Source of the DNA: Mobula hypostoma | Lineage: Eukaryota | Reading direction: 5' to 3' | Length of the DNA stretch: 64,000 nt | Assembly: GCF_963921235.1 (NCBI RefSeq) | Contig: NC_086108.1 | Coordinates: 45,696,001-45,760,000, forward strand | In this document: piece by piece, positions 27,701-41,240 of the stretch | Numbering within the stretch: position 1 is the stretch's first letter | Layout: the number at the start of each line of letters is the position of its first letter | Translations under genes and position numbers: made by a program | Notes under the pieces: generated by a model | Databases searched by the model: none | The model's input: only the letters and a program-made list of their open reading frames with translations | What the model was told of the DNA's origin: nothing

Positions 27701-29005
27701 TCAGGAAACAACCTCTGAAAAGACCCGTGTCTAAACATGGTGCGACAGTCTGGGAATTGTACCACGTAAAGAATCAGTCCATTCAGAGCTGAAATGAGAA
27801 TAATAGGGCCAAACACTCTTTTATTGCAGCCAGGGTCTTTACACAACAAATGTCCAACCAACAGACCAGCATGGACAAAGGCTGGTAACTCCACCAGGGA
27901 CAGCAGTTTGTCAGCGAGCTCCAGAGTCGGACTTCCATGTGAGCAGCGGGAACGAGGTCTGGTCAACCCCCTGGGTTCGTGTATCAGTGAGACCAGTGTT
28001 TGAGGCCGAGTATTTGGGATCCTGTCATTGGTGGGTCTGGACTTTGATGTCTGGTGTATGGCGATTGTCGGGTCCTGTGGTCAGTGCCAAGGATTGAGAC
28101 CCGAGGGTCAAATTGGAATTCTGGGGGGGCAAGGCACATTAGCCAGGGTCCTGGGTCTGTGTATCTTTGTGAGTCCGCTGGGGTAGTTGAAGGCCCAATA
28201 TCTGCATGTCCACGTCAGAATCCAAGTCCAAGTCTGGGTCCTCTGCAGGCCAATGAAAACCGACGACTTGAGGTTGCAGGACTGTGTATGGACGTGGGTG
28301 GAGGGAGGAAAGGGGGTTGTTTAGCTGTTGTTTTGTTGCTTGTCGTGTTGTGCGTGGCTCTGCTGAGCATTGTGGGCACTGAAATTTGTGGCGACAGCAC
28401 AGCCTTTGTGTTGCTGGTTACACGCCTGGATGTATGTTTCCATGTACACGTGATAAATAAAATAGAATCTTGAATTCTAACATTCAGGAACAAAGATAAG
28501 TCAACCTGCCTGACACTTGATCTCAGAAATGTGAAAAAACAAGCTTCCTCCAATCACACAGTTGATCTGTTTCTAACACTTCAGGTTTTTTAAAAATAAT
28601 ATCTATGGCTGACCTTGAACATTCTACACCAGATTTTATACACTACCTAATTTAACAAACCTTTCAAAATCAGGGCATGCTTGAGAGAAACATACCATCA
28701 ATAGAGGCTGACATTAAATTTATTTCTCACATAAATCACGAGGAAAGTCATTGATTCTGTAGATCAACAGCAAACAAAATTTATCTCCCCTTAAACATGA
28801 TCTGTTGACCTAAAACACAGTTAAGACAAACCACAAAGAATAAACACGTTAGTTTTGTTTAAAATAATCACTTGGAAAGATCTAGTGAAAAGGACAGTCT
28901 GCAATAACAGGAAGATTCCACTTTTCCCACTGACTCAACATAGGCTTTGATATGTCGTTCCCCTGTTTCTCTGCATCCATTCACTTCCAACTGTGGTATA
29001 TTGTA

Positions 29006-29064
29006 TTACTCGTCAATTGTAAAATCTCCAGAATTTATGACTCTCTGCTCTAAGTTTTCTTCAG
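29006..29064 (-). CDS. dmrtb1: Candidate terminal exon 4 of the dmrtb1/dmrt6-like gene
   Basis: Acceptor ttagtttttctag| is phase-1 compatible and encodes acidic AEENLEQRVINSGDFTIDE*. AATAAA lies on the minus strand at 28719-28724. Confidence 0.5.
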
Positions 29065-29307
29065 CTAGAAAAACTAAATTTCTTCATTTTGACAATTATC
29101 ACTGACAATTATCATCTTCCCTGGCTATTCCGTCCTTGCTGAATGTGCATCTTATTATTTTGAAAGCCACTACTTTCCCACCCTTTCTCCTTTCGTGAAT
29201 GCATTGGGGCACTTTGTGGAGTTAAAAATTTAATGGTAGCCAAAGCGGTCAGCGCCATGCTATTCAGCTTGGGGCTTTGGAGCTCGCAGTTCAATTTTAG
29301 TGCCATT

Positions 29308-29512
29308 CTGTAAGGAGTCTCTGAACTTCTTCACGTGGAATGCATGGGCTTTCCCTGGGAGTTTTGGTTTCCTTCCACAGTCCAAAGACAAGCTGGTCAT
29401 TATAAATTGTCCCATGATTAGGTTAAGGTTAAATCGGGGTTGTTGGGTCTTACTGGGGTGGCATGGCTTGAGTGGGCCCGCTCTGCACTGTACTGCTAAA
29501 TAAATAAATAAA
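29308..29512 (+). mobile_element. V-SINE (HE1-like) fragment
   Basis: V-domain-like GGTTTCCTTCCACAGTCCAAAGAC and a (TAAA)n tail. Confidence 0.65.
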
Positions 29513-30036
29513 AGTTATTGGGAGCACATCCATGTGAAATAGGCCATGTGTTACACATAAAGGGTGAACAAAGTTGTTCATAGGGAAAGAAAGCCAAATG
29601 GCATTATTTTCTCTTCAAGCAACTTGTGAAATTTTACACCCATGTATAAAGATGGATGCATGCTTGATTGCATTCAGTTGCACACACAGTCTGCTGTTTG
29701 ACAGTGTGGCGGCAGGGTCCAGGCCTAGAGCGTATCCATGTGACAGGGTCCGGGACCTAGTGTGAAGAACGACATGATATTTGGACAATTTAAACACTGG
29801 GCCAGATGGATTGGAAGGGCAAGGAGTTGGGACTGGAGGTGAGGGTCAGGCCAGTTCTGCTCACTGCTCCACAACACTTACTCAGCTCTTTGCTGCATTG
29901 AGGCTTGCTCCAGCTACTCAGGGCTACGCGCCTGCGGGCTTTGTGATGCTTTACTCTAGTATGTGATCAACTGAACCTGAAGCTGTGGGCCTGCTCTGGC
30001 CTTCCTGCCTGTGGACTCTGTGATCTTTTACTCCAC

Positions 30037-31422
30037 CAGACATCCCACCCTGCAAAGAGATCTCAACCGGAAGTCTCAACCTCATAGCAGTCTGTGTCAA
30101 TGAATTTGTTAATTTTGCAAGACATCAGATTCACAAGTGTTTTCTGAGACAGCTGACTTCTGAATTCTGTCCTAATGTGCCGTGTTCACAATAGCTGCTG
30201 TCTTGGTTGATGAGAAGGCATAGTTTTTTGCTATTTCTGAATCAGGAAACATATTCCTGAATAGCTTGCCTGTGTGCTTACACACCTGGAATGGCAGGTT
30301 ATGCTCAGCGATGAAAGATGTAAAGTACACCTCAGCTCTCGTGACCTTTTCTGTCAGACTTTGGTTTTCTGCTGAAAAGAACTGTGAAAAACTTGAGCAG
30401 CCTACCCTGCGCTTAGCCTCCCTAATATGTTGTGGTCTCTAAAAGAAATAAAAGCATAAGGTGTATCCTTATTACAGGTGTGCGCCGCTTAACGTCCATT
30501 CGGACACATCCGATCCCATATACGTCCATAATCACACCCACACACACACACCGCCTGCAATAGTCAGGATCAGAACTTACTTTTTTACATCGAAATGGGG
30601 GATTTTAAATGAGTAATTTAGAAGTTCTGTATCTTCAAGTTCAAGTTTATTGTCATCTGGCAGATTGTCCACAAACAAAACAACCTCTGTCTGGACTGCG
30701 GTGTAGCAACAATACATATATCATGCACACCACATAAAACAATATATTACAATATTATTTAATAAAGTGTAATCCAAAATGTATATAAAGTGTGCAGCAC
30801 AGGTAAACAGTTCGCTGTCCTAATGACGAGACCTTGGTGGGGGCCAGGTATTTATTAAAATCGTTTTTTCTTCTGAAAATGGCTGTGCTTAAACCCAGCC
30901 CATCGCGGGCTTCGATGTACCTGTAAGTGGAAGTGTTCCAGGAAAACTCCCTGAAGAATTTGCTTGCTGCGAGTGCGTTTTTAAAGATGTCTTAGCGGAC
31001 GATTTTGGAATTTCGCTCCAATTTAAACCCCGATCTAATCCCCTTTAAGACGCCAACGCGCCCTGCCTGTATAGGACAGCCTCACGTAGTCAGGTTGTCA
31101 CCGCCACCCTTGGGAATTTCTTTGCCAGGCTTTTGTACTTCATCAACAACAGTTGTCCGGATGATTTCAGTGTCATTACAGAACTGAGGAATATGGAAGA
31201 GAGAAAGAGAGGCCGACTATAAACCCGCCCACAGAGAAAACTGATAGGTCTACTTAGCACAAAGAGAGATCAAACAGGATTCATTCATTTTCTTTCTTTT
31301 TTTTTCCCTCTCCCTCTCTAAAAAATCGATTTCCGGGATATTGTATATAATTTGCGGGCATCAGGGAGCCGCTAGCGAAATGCGGGAGACTCCTGGAACT
31401 CCCGGGAGAGGTGGGATGTCTG
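30037..31422. mobile_element. Internally deleted hAT-like DNA transposon with nested fragments
   Basis: Perfect 13-bp TIR CAGACATCCCACC and 6-bp TSD CTCCAC. The minus-strand remnant RTEFRSQLSQKTLVNLMSCKIN resembles a hAT C-terminal dimerisation region. Confidence 0.75.
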
Positions 31423-31730
31423 CTCCACTATGTGATGAACTGAGGCTCTGGGCCTGCTGTGGCCTTCATGCCTGTGGACTCTGTGATCTTTTACTCCACT
31501 ATGTGATGAACTGAGGCTCTGGGCCTGCTGTGGCCTTCATGCCTGTGGGCTCTGTGATCTTTTACTCCACTATGTGATGAACTGAGGCTCTGGGCCTGCT
31601 CTGGCCTTCATGCCTGTGGACTCTGTGATCTTTTACTCCACTCTGTGATGAACTGAGGCTGTGGGCCTGCTGTGGCCTTCATGCCTGTGGGCTCTGTGAT
31701 CTTTTACTCCAGTATGTGTTGAACTGAGTC
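31423..31730 (+). repeat. 71-bp minisatellite, about 4.3 copies (plus one unit at about 29950-30036)
   Basis: Units start at 31423, 31494, 31565, 31636 and 31707. Confidence 0.95.
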
Positions 31731-33087
31731 TGAGGCTGAGGCTGTGGCCTGCTTTGGGCTTTGTGTCTATGGACTCACTTCCGTTCTAATTGCTCCTCTG
31801 CTTGCTTTATTGTTTGCACAATGTGTTTTTTTTCCTCTCTCTGCACGTCGGGTGTTTGTTGGTCTTCTTTCTTAATGAGTTCTTTTGGGTTTCTTGTTTT
31901 GTAGCTGCCTGTAAAGAAACCAATCTCAGGATTGTATAATGTATACATACTTTGAACTTTTGACAGTCAGCACTGACAGAACTGTCAACTGCAGGAGAGA
32001 GTCACAGCTGCCCCCAGTCCTCAACTTGACCATCAACATGGCATAATTTTCCAGCAAAATAGAGATATGGAAACCAGGAGTGCATCGCTGATCCTTCATT
32101 GTATAAATTGATGGATTCTAAAGGTGCAGCTTCAGAAAAAAAAATGGAGGCATTCAGCATCCATAAATATATAGTAACTGCTCAGCAGCCTGCCCTTTGA
32201 TGCTGAGTTTTGTTCAAAAGTGGAATATTCCTTTACAAAGTTACAGTTAAATGCCGTGCAGAGACTGATAAGTCCAGGCATATCACTGATCAAAGTTGAA
32301 ATCTGGATGAGGTCAGTTGACCCTTAAAGGTAAATTACCTTGGGCAAGGAAAGGGACAGAGGAAGAGTGAGCACCCTTGGCACGATCTCCATATAGTAAT
32401 TCATAGAATGGGTTGGGTAAACTTCAACTGAAGCTGTACGGGGTACTGCAATACCCTCAAACTTGAACAGTTTGCTTGCACTCAGTGATTGCACTTGGAA
32501 GTGCAAAAAGTTCATTTGCTGAGACCATGCAGCAGCTGGAATCTATTCAGCACTTGCTAGATTCACCGTGAAGACAGCATTGGGGAAAAATAAACTTTTT
32601 TCTCATAGATGACAAATAAAATCAATTCCTGTTTTGTAATGCTGTTGCTGATTATAATGAAGCTAGTGTTCTGTTTTTGACTCCCTCAATGTATCAATTA
32701 AAAAGAACACAGTGTGCATACGTGAAAGCTCCCCAAATCAATCCAGATGATGCCAGTTCCCTTTTCTCCCCCACAGTATCGCTCGTTTGGCAACAGAAAA
32801 ATAGCCTGAGTTTTCATGCACTTAGAAATGCCGGCATGGGAGACGAGTGGGAGCAGGATCCATAATGGCCGATTTCCCTTCGCTGGGGCCAAATCCCCAG
32901 GTAATAATTTTAATCTATATTCTCACAGAACCAGTGATGCTTGGCTAAGTGGTCTCTGTAATCATACCTCCTACAATGTATCAACATTTTCAAGGGAATC
33001 TAGAGAATGGGGAGTGGCCAGCAACTAAAATTAAAATGCTTACATGTATATCTGTTGAATGACTGAATACATTTCCCAAACTCTCAC

Positions 33088-33235
33088 CTGCCGTGACCTC
33101 AATTTCACCGGAAGTTTCGTTCACCCTTGGTGTCATGAGAGGGGAGATGTACCGAGGCCCAGAGAACAGTCTTGAACCAAGAAATGGAGCCGATGAGTAA
33201 TAAGATGATTGCAGTCCACAACTATTATCACGCAT
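33088..33235 (-). CDS. dmrtb1: dmrtb1/dmrt6-like exon 3
   Basis: Acceptor ttcctttttgacag|ATG (phase 0). LQSSYY...PRYISPL resembles DMRTB1 FQPSYY...PGYLSAL. Donor GCAG|GTGAG (phase 1). Confidence 0.75.
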
Positions 33236-35289
33236 CTGTCAAAAAGGAAATTAAATCTATCAACGGAAGCAAATGACTGGGAAAATGAATGAAATGAATA
33301 GAAGGCTCAAACTGAGAACAACATATTGATAAATCTATTAGAATAAATGGAATAAAGTATCCTGCCGCCCTCTGCTCTCTCATCCTGAATAACAACTGGG
33401 TGGCTTGTAATAGCAAAGCATTCTTCCACATCTGGTACAAATTCAAATCCATTCAAAATTCAGGATTCTTGGCATAGGACATAGAAAATATTACATTAGC
33501 ATAGCAAGGGGTACTCATCCTGCTGAGATCATGGTGCATGTATGTTGTACAGGGAGGCCTTAATTTGCTGTTCCAAGTTATCAATAGTCCACAGCTTTGA
33601 AAAACACAACCATTCCTAGCACTTGCACTCCTTGTTAACCAGCGTAAATAAAAACTTCTAATTCAATTGCATTTAGTGTACTTCTGTGCAAACTATGGAA
33701 ACTTTGTACATGGAGCTTAGAAAAAGAGGGCTATGGGTAACCCGAGGTAATTTCTAAAATAAGTACATGTTCAGCATGGCATCGTGGGCCAAAGGGCCTG
33801 TATTGTGCTGTAGGTTTTCTGTGTTTCTATGAAAGGATTTCAATAGTTGTGATAACCAAATTCAAAGTGACTGAGCTAAGAAGTGCATCAGTGTTAGCCT
33901 TGCTGACAATCAGGGATCTGATATGCCGCAGTTGACATAAAATCTCAGTTTTTATGACTATTCTGATAGGTGTGGCTCTGGTTAATTTAACTTGTTCTCT
34001 GCTTGATGGAAATGGACTATATTTGTTAAATGTGTTCAAACTGCTTCAGAAGTGGTGGTGGGGGGTGTGGTGGCGAGTGGAGAGTCACTTATCCTCAGAT
34101 TTATTACCATTAAGAGACAAAATTGATTAACTTAATTCAGATAAGGTTACATCAGTTAAAATGTCTTTCCTTGAATGGCCCTGTTACCAAGGCTACAAGC
34201 AGAAAAGCTGAAAATGGTTTCTGAGAAATTGAATAATTCTTGTACCGAACTGAAGAAAAGAAACTTCCAGTTATGTTCCTTTGAATTAGCAAACAAGAAT
34301 AAATACAGCATCTCCATAACTAACCTTTATCCAGCGGTACTTGGGAAGCTGGTTAAAATTCTGAGCTGGTGAACTGCGACTATACCTTTACCTCATACAT
34401 CATCTAATATTATTGGGAATTTATGATTTAATATATTTTATTATATTTTATGAATAGAATTTATAAGATACTTAATTAGTGATTTGCCTTTCTGCTGTTA
34501 AATAGGTGACTATCACAACATTTTTATTTCACAGTTTACAACCTGAGGCATGGTTTGTTGCTTTTTACATTTTTATGAAAAGAAACTAGAATATATTGAG
34601 GTTTAACCCATAGTCAGTGAGGCTACAGAAATGTAAGGAATTAACTTTCATAGCATTGCATTTTAATACATCCTCAGGACATTTTAGCAAATACTGTTAA
34701 ATAAAAAACACATTTACATGAACAGCAAACAGAATAATGCTATAGCAAAGAACCATAAACAGGAAGCTAGCTGATTCAAGAACAATGCATGCCCGTACAC
34801 TGTCTGAATACTCGCGTGGGTGTTTTTTAAGGTCCACTTAAACAAGCTTCAGTTTTAAATCTTACCTGAGAAGCATCTCACAGTCATTCTAGATTCAAGA
34901 ATAAGCACCATGTTCACCGTCAGTTTATCTAAATGGTCATGTATTGGTTTATTTAAAGGACAGATTTGCTTGTAAAAGGGCATTTTGCCATGTCATAAAC
35001 AAAAGTCATATTCTGAGAAGTTTATGAGAAATGCAAGGATTCAATATATCTCCAGAAACCTAAACTTGATTTTTCTCCTTTATATTCGTAAAATGCAGCA
35101 AATAATGGCAGTCACTATCCCACAAAACTTTGATTGGGAACATCATCGACAGTGCAGTACCAACAGCATGGTGTGAATTATTACTAAAACCTGAGATTTA
35201 CTGCTGGAATGGAGTTGCAGGGCATAACTCCATTAAAGGTAAAAATAGTTTGGATCTATTAATGTCTGTAACATTGTACAGTACATATT

Positions 35290-36000
35290 TATTGAATTGA
35301 ATTGACTTTATTACTTACATCCTTCATATACATGAGGAGTAAAAATCTTTGTTATGTTTCTGTCTAAATGTGCAATGTGCAATTTATAGTAATTTATCAT
35401 AAATATTATGTACAACAGGATTGTCAATATAACATAGAAATACAGTTGCGTCAGCATGAATTAAATCAGTCTGATGGCCTGGTGGAGGAAGCTATCCTGG
35501 AGTCTGTTGGTCCTGGCTTTTATGCTGCGGTACAGTTTCCCAGATGGTAGCAGCTGGAACAGTTTGTGGTTGGGGTGACTCGGGTCCCCAATGATCCTTC
35601 AGGCCCTTATTACACACCTGTCTTTGCAAATGTCCTGAACAGTGGGAAGTTCACATCTACAGATGGGCTATCTGCACCACTCTCTGCAGAATCCTGCGAT
35701 TGAGGGAAGTACAGTTCCCATACCAGGCAGTGATGCAGCCAGTCAGGATGCTCTCAATTGCGCCCCTGTAGAAAGTTCTTAGGATTTGGGGGACTATACC
35801 AAACTTCTCCAATAGTCTGAGGTGAAAGAGGCGCTGTTGTGCCCTTTTCACCACACAGCTGGTGTGTACAGACCACGTGAGATCCTCAGTGATGTGGATG
35901 CCGAGGAACTTAAAGCTGTTCACCCTCTCAACCCTAGATCCATTGATGTCAATAGGGGTTAGCCTGTCTCCATTCCTCTTGTAGTCCACAACCAGCTCCT
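35290..36000 (-). mobile_element. Rex1-like 3' fragment
   Basis: VERVNSFKFLGIHITEDLTW...AIESILTGCITAWYGN; (ATTGA)n tail. Confidence 0.9.
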
Positions 36001-36282
36001 TTGTTATAACCTTTTCTGTATTAATTTCTTGTTATAACCTTCATGAACATGACTCAGAGCTGTTACTCTTTTCTCCTTGATAGTTAATGGATTAAAACAA
36101 GGAAGCTTAGTTATTTCAGATACGACAGAATAAATGTTTACGCCACATGAAATAAAAGTATTAGCTCTACGGTTTCGTCCTTTTATGCAACATTTTTCAA
36201 GAATCAGTGATAAATTTATACATGCACATACATACGTATAGAGTATGTGTCTGTGTATTTATATGTATGTTGATAAACATAC

Positions 36283-36768
36283 ATAGTGATTCTACTTAAT
36301 TGGGCCGTCAGTTAATTGGGGGTGGGGGGGGCAGCTGTTTATTTGGGACAACTCTTACAATACAAAAACTAATTAAGTAAATAGCCGGAATTCCCTTTGT
36401 TTATTTAGAACACTGTACTGCTTAACTGAGGCAGGAAACTTAATTGAGGATGAACAGGTTCTAACTGGAGCCAGATGTGTGCATTTCTGTGGCCGTTGGA
36501 TGCTACACCATGCTTAAAGTGAAGGTTCATTGCATAACTGGATGAATTCCTCTGTCAATAGCTATTGGGAACTAATAAACAGTTTTATAGTACTGGAGTA
36601 GTATTGGTAATGTTCTAATTTGTTCTGTATTTCATTTAAATATGTGATTTGTTAATTCAGTTTGTCTTTTTAACTACTTCCATGTAACTTTGGCTAACTG
36701 GGGCAGCCATTTATTTGGACCAGAATGTACTGACCCCGATGTGTCTCAATTAACCAAATTCTACTTAT
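36283..36768. mobile_element. Possible Tigger/pogo-like MITE
   Basis: Degenerate inverted ends (AGTGATTCTACTTAATTG / CAATTAACCAAATTCTACT) and repeated TTAATTGGG motifs. Confidence 0.45.
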
Positions 36769-37016
36769 TTCCGTTTTACTGCAACAAATTTCACAAAAAA
36801 AACTTTGCACCACCATCTATTGACCACAGCTTGTAACTGCATTGATACAAGCAATTATGATTTTTTTTTAAAGAACTGCAACCTATACACTGAGATAAAT
36901 GTGCAAATTGTATCTGTGACACAGTAAAATTCAAAAATATGTTAGTGCCTGCGTTGAATTTTGACAACATACTGGTTGATGTTTTATGGATATACAGCTT
37001 GAGAATCTTTGTGGGA

Positions 37017-38132
37017 ACACGGTAGGCTCATTCAGAAAGTTAGAAGGCATGGGATCCAGGGAGGTTTGGCCAGGTGGATTCAGAATTGGCTTGCCTGCAG
37101 AAGGCAGAGGGTGGTGGTGGAGGGAGTACATTCAGATTGGAGGATTGTGACTAGTGGTGTCCCACAAGGATCTGTTCTGGGACCTCCACTTTTCGTGATT
37201 TTTATTAACGACCTGGATGTGGGGGTAGAAGGGTGGGTTGGCAACTTGCAGACGCCACAAAGGTTGGTGGTGTTGTAGATAGTATAGAGGATTGTCAAAG
37301 ATTGCAGAGAGACATTGATAGGATGCAGGAGTGGGCTGAGAAGTGGCAGATGGAGTTCAACCTGGAGAAGTGTGAGGTGGTACACTTTGGAAGGACAAAC
37401 TCCAAGGCAGAGTACAAAGTAAATGGCAGGATACTTGGTAGTGTGGAAGAGCAGAGGAATCTCGGGGTACATGTCCACATATCCCTGAAAGTTGCCTCAC
37501 AGGTGGATAGGGTAGTTAAGAAAGCTTATAGGATGTTAGCTTTCATAAGTCGAGGGCTAGAGTTTAAGAGTTGCGATGTAATGATGCAGCTGTATAAAAC
37601 TCTGGTTAGGCCACACTTGGAGTACTGTGTCCAGTTCTGGTCACTTCACGATAGGAAGGATGTGGAAGCATTGGAAAGAGTACGGAAGAGATTTACCAGG
37701 ATGCTGCCAGGTTTGGAAAGTATGCATTATGATCAGAGATTAAGGGAGCTAGGGCTTTACTCTTTGGAGAGAAGGAGGATGAGAGGAGACAAAACAAGAT
37801 AATAAGAGGAATAGTTAGAGTGGATAGCCAGCGCCTCTTCCCCAGGGCACCACTGCTCAATACAAGAGGACATAGCTTTAAGGTAAGGGGTGGGAAGTTC
37901 AAGGGGGATATTAGAGGAAGGTGCTTTACTCAGAGAGTGGTTGGTGCGTGGAATGCACTGCCTGAGTCAGTGGTGGAGGCAGATACACTAGTGAAGTTTA
38001 AGAGACTACTAGACAAGTATATGGAGGAATTTATGGTGGGGGCTTATATGGGAGACAGGGTTTGAGGGTTGGCACAACACTGCGGGCCAAAGGGCCTGTA
38101 CTGTGCTGTACTATTCTATGTTCTATGTTCTA
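37017..38132 (+). mobile_element. 5'-truncated CR1 LINE
   Basis: [38 protein letters not shown]; (TTCTATG)n tail; two frameshifts. Confidence 0.95.
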
Positions 38133-38404
38133 CACTGAGATCAGCCCCAATATCTGCACTAATGCAAATGCTGACAAAGCCATAGTTCAGGAGGAGGTAG
38201 GATAGATAATATAAAATTGATAGGTAGGAATTTGTAAGGACTCAAAGTAGAAATATCAGCCAGTCCAAATGGGGTGCAACCTAGACAATAAGGATGGAGG
38301 TAACAAGAATGCTGACTACTTTCTTCCAATCCCCTTTAGATTTGGAAATTGTGACAAAGGCTTGTAAATTTTCAAATATTAAATTCCTGTTAAAAAAATA
38401 AATG

Positions 38405-39370
38405 AGGGTCAACCAGCTCCCCCTTTGTTTCCCTGTTGCCTCTGGCCCCTTTACTTCTCTTTACCTTTACCCTCGCTTGCTCTCACATCCTACCTATCAT
38501 CCACACTTTCCTCCCTCTGGTTCCCCTCCTCCTTCCCTTTATTCCATGGTCTACTCTCCTCTCCTATTAGATTCCATCTTCTTAGAGGCTGATTTATACT
38601 TCTGTGTCAAATGGACGCCATAGGTATGGCGTAGCCGCGAACCCTACGCAGTGCCTACGCGGATCCCTATGCCGTAGCCTGACGCGCACCTCTCCCAAAA
38701 TGTAACTACGCATGGCGGCAATGCAGACCGCAACAACTGTGATTGGTCGGCTTGGCAGCATCGCATTTCCTTCTACGCTGCAATACCTTCCCTCTGGGCG
38801 ACTGAAGGGCAGGGAAGGAACTCTGGCTGCAATGCTTTCCATAAAGCCTTACAGACCTCCAAAATTATGGAGGACACATTTCGCTTTTACGAAAAAAGAC
38901 GCTCGCTTTAAACTTGTTTACCCCGAGAAAGACTACCATGACCATGAAGCCTTGCACGGGCAGGTGTGTGTGCATGCGCGACATGCCTGAATTGCAGAGC
39001 GATGCAGACACACCAACGCACAAGAATAAATACTCACAACGGCGTTGTTCACTTGCGTAGGCTACGGCGCAAGCTTGACGCACAAGTATAGATCAGCCTT
39101 TAGCCTTTTGCCACTTCCACCTATCACCTGTCAGCTTCTCACATTGTTCCTAGTTTCCTCCCCCAGCCCCACCTACCTACCTTCCCCCATTCACCTCAAT
39201 CCACCTGTCACCTGCCAGCTCTTGCTCCACTCCCTCTCCCCACCATTTAATTCTGGCTTCTGCCCTCTTTTCTTCTCTGCTCTGATGAAGTGTCAATGGC
39301 TCTTTTTCCACCTAAAGATTCTGCCTAACCTGCTGAATCCCTCCACTATTTTGAGCACGTTGACAAGGTT
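38405..39370 (+). mobile_element. Penelope 3' pyrimidine-rich remnant hosting a MITE
   Basis: Similar to the reverse complement of 16140-16530. Confidence 0.6.
38586..39099. mobile_element. 514-bp MITE
   Basis: 25-bp TIR AGGCTGATTTATACTTCTGTGTCAA (3 mismatches), flanked by TTAG on both sides. Confidence 0.85.
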
Positions 39371-39876
39371 TTAATATACTTGGCAAACTTCCCAAATTGA
39401 AAGTAGATTTTTAATCTGGGTAGTTATGAGATATAGTGTCTGAATGTGTGATGGAGGCAGATTTATTAGAAATTTTCACAGCAGAATTGGAGAGGTGAAA
39501 GATGAGCTCTGTCAAGAATGAACTGAAAATGGAACTGGTTTCAAAGATATAAAAACAAAATAAATGCTAGAAGATCCCAGGTCAGGCAGCACCTTTGGAA
39601 AGAGAAACAATCAGAACATGCAATCCTTTGTCGGCAACCACTTCAAAATTCCTTCGGTGCCATGACATGCCATGGTGTTGGGAGGACAGTACATTGAGAA
39701 GTGAGATATAATTGGAGTTCACATCCTAAGGAAATTATTACAAAGAAGAGTGTATTACATTCTAAAATTTCTAAATTACATCAACATCTTTTACACTTTG
39801 AAACTTCAAATACATTACAGCATTTAACTGAAAGTGGATTTGTAATTTTTTTTTGTTCTATTTAATAATGTCTTAC

Positions 39877-40151
39877 CAACATGGGGTTCGGATGGAATGC
39901 TCCAAGATTTCCTTGGACAGGCCTGAAGCTGCCTCTTGAGGCACACATCCCAGCTGGCACAGGAGCCCCTTTGTAGCCTGGCTGATTCATTGGAAAGCCC
40001 ATGGACAGGGGGTGATAACTGTAGACACTGCTGCAGTATCCCGTGTATAGCTTCGGTGGCAAGATATTCTGGTAAAAGCCACTGCTCATCACGTTCCTTT
40101 CAGCTTGCTCTTTACTGGCAGAAGTGAACTCTTGGTACAAAGCAGGATGAT
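39877..40151 (-). CDS. dmrtb1: dmrtb1/dmrt6-like exon 2
   Basis: Acceptor cctttccacatttag| gives phase-1 continuity (D-HPALYQE...). The peptide SVYSYHPLSMGFPMNQPGY...GSFRPV resembles the DMRTB1 YHPFPLGY...GFRHV segment. Donor TTG|GTAAGA (phase 0). Confidence 0.8.
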
Positions 40152-40434
40152 CTAAATGTGGAAAGGATCTCTCTCAGTCAATCCGACCAATCTTGAGCTC
40201 AAGTAGTAAAAAGCAAATAAACTAAGTTGTAAAACTTAACAGAAGGCACCACTGAAGGCTTGGCATTTGTTCTAGGCTTTGCTGAAGGCAATATTAGCAA
40301 AATTAGCTCCACTTCAGATTTCAGCTAGAAGCTACACAACTGGACACAGAGATAAGAAGGGGAACTTGTCTTCTATTGTGGAGCTTATTTGAACAGCCTG
40401 GTGAAGTTTCCTGACTAGGTTTACTTCAGTAGTA

Positions 40435-41240
40435 CTGGAATGCAACCATGCCAGATGAAGTTTAATGCAGATATGTGTGAAGTGTTGCACTTTGGGAGGA
40501 CAAACCAGGGTGAGACTTAGACAGTGAATGGCAAGGCACTGAGGTGTGTGGTAGAACAAAGGGATCTGGGAATACAATCCATGATATGTTGAAAGTAGCT
40601 TCACAGGGAGATAGGGTCATAAAAAGAGGTTTTGACACATTGGCCTTCATAAATCAGAGCACTGAGTACAGAAGTTAGGATGATAGACTGGAGCTGTATA
40701 ATACGTTGGTGAGGCCATAGTTGGAGTCTTGTATGCAGTTCCAGTTATCTACCTACAGGAAAGATATCAATAAGCTTGAAAGCATACAGAGAAAATTTAC
40801 ATGGATGTTGCTGGGACTTGAGGACCTGAATGACAGGGGTATGTTGAATATATATTACTTTATTCCCCGGAGAATGAGGCAAGATCTTATAGAGGTACAC
40901 AAAATTATGAGGGATGTAGATAGGGTGAATGCACACGGGATTTTTCCCCTCAGGTTGGGTGAGACTAGAACTAGAGGGCACAGGTTGAGGGTGAAAGGTG
41001 AAATATTTAAGGGGAACCTGAGGGGGAGGAACCTCTTCACTCAGAGTGTGTTGCGAGCGTGGAAAGAGCTACCAGCGGAAGCGGTGGAAGTGGGTTCAAT
41101 TTTAACATTTAAGAGAAGTTTGGATGGGTATGTGGATGAAAGAAAAGTGGAAGGCTATGGACTTTTACTGGTAGATGGGACTAGGTAGAAAACCAGGTCT
41201 GCATGGATTAGATAGGTGAAAGGACTGCTTCTGTGTTCTA
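40435..41240 (+). mobile_element. CR1 3' fragment in dmrtb1 intron 1
   Basis: LESIQRKFTWMLLGL...RTRGHRL...FTQSVLRAWKELP. Confidence 0.9.

Noticed and set aside
31423..31730. CRISPR-like periodic repeats
   Set aside because: There are no unique spacers and no cas genes, and the context is eukaryotic; it is a minisatellite
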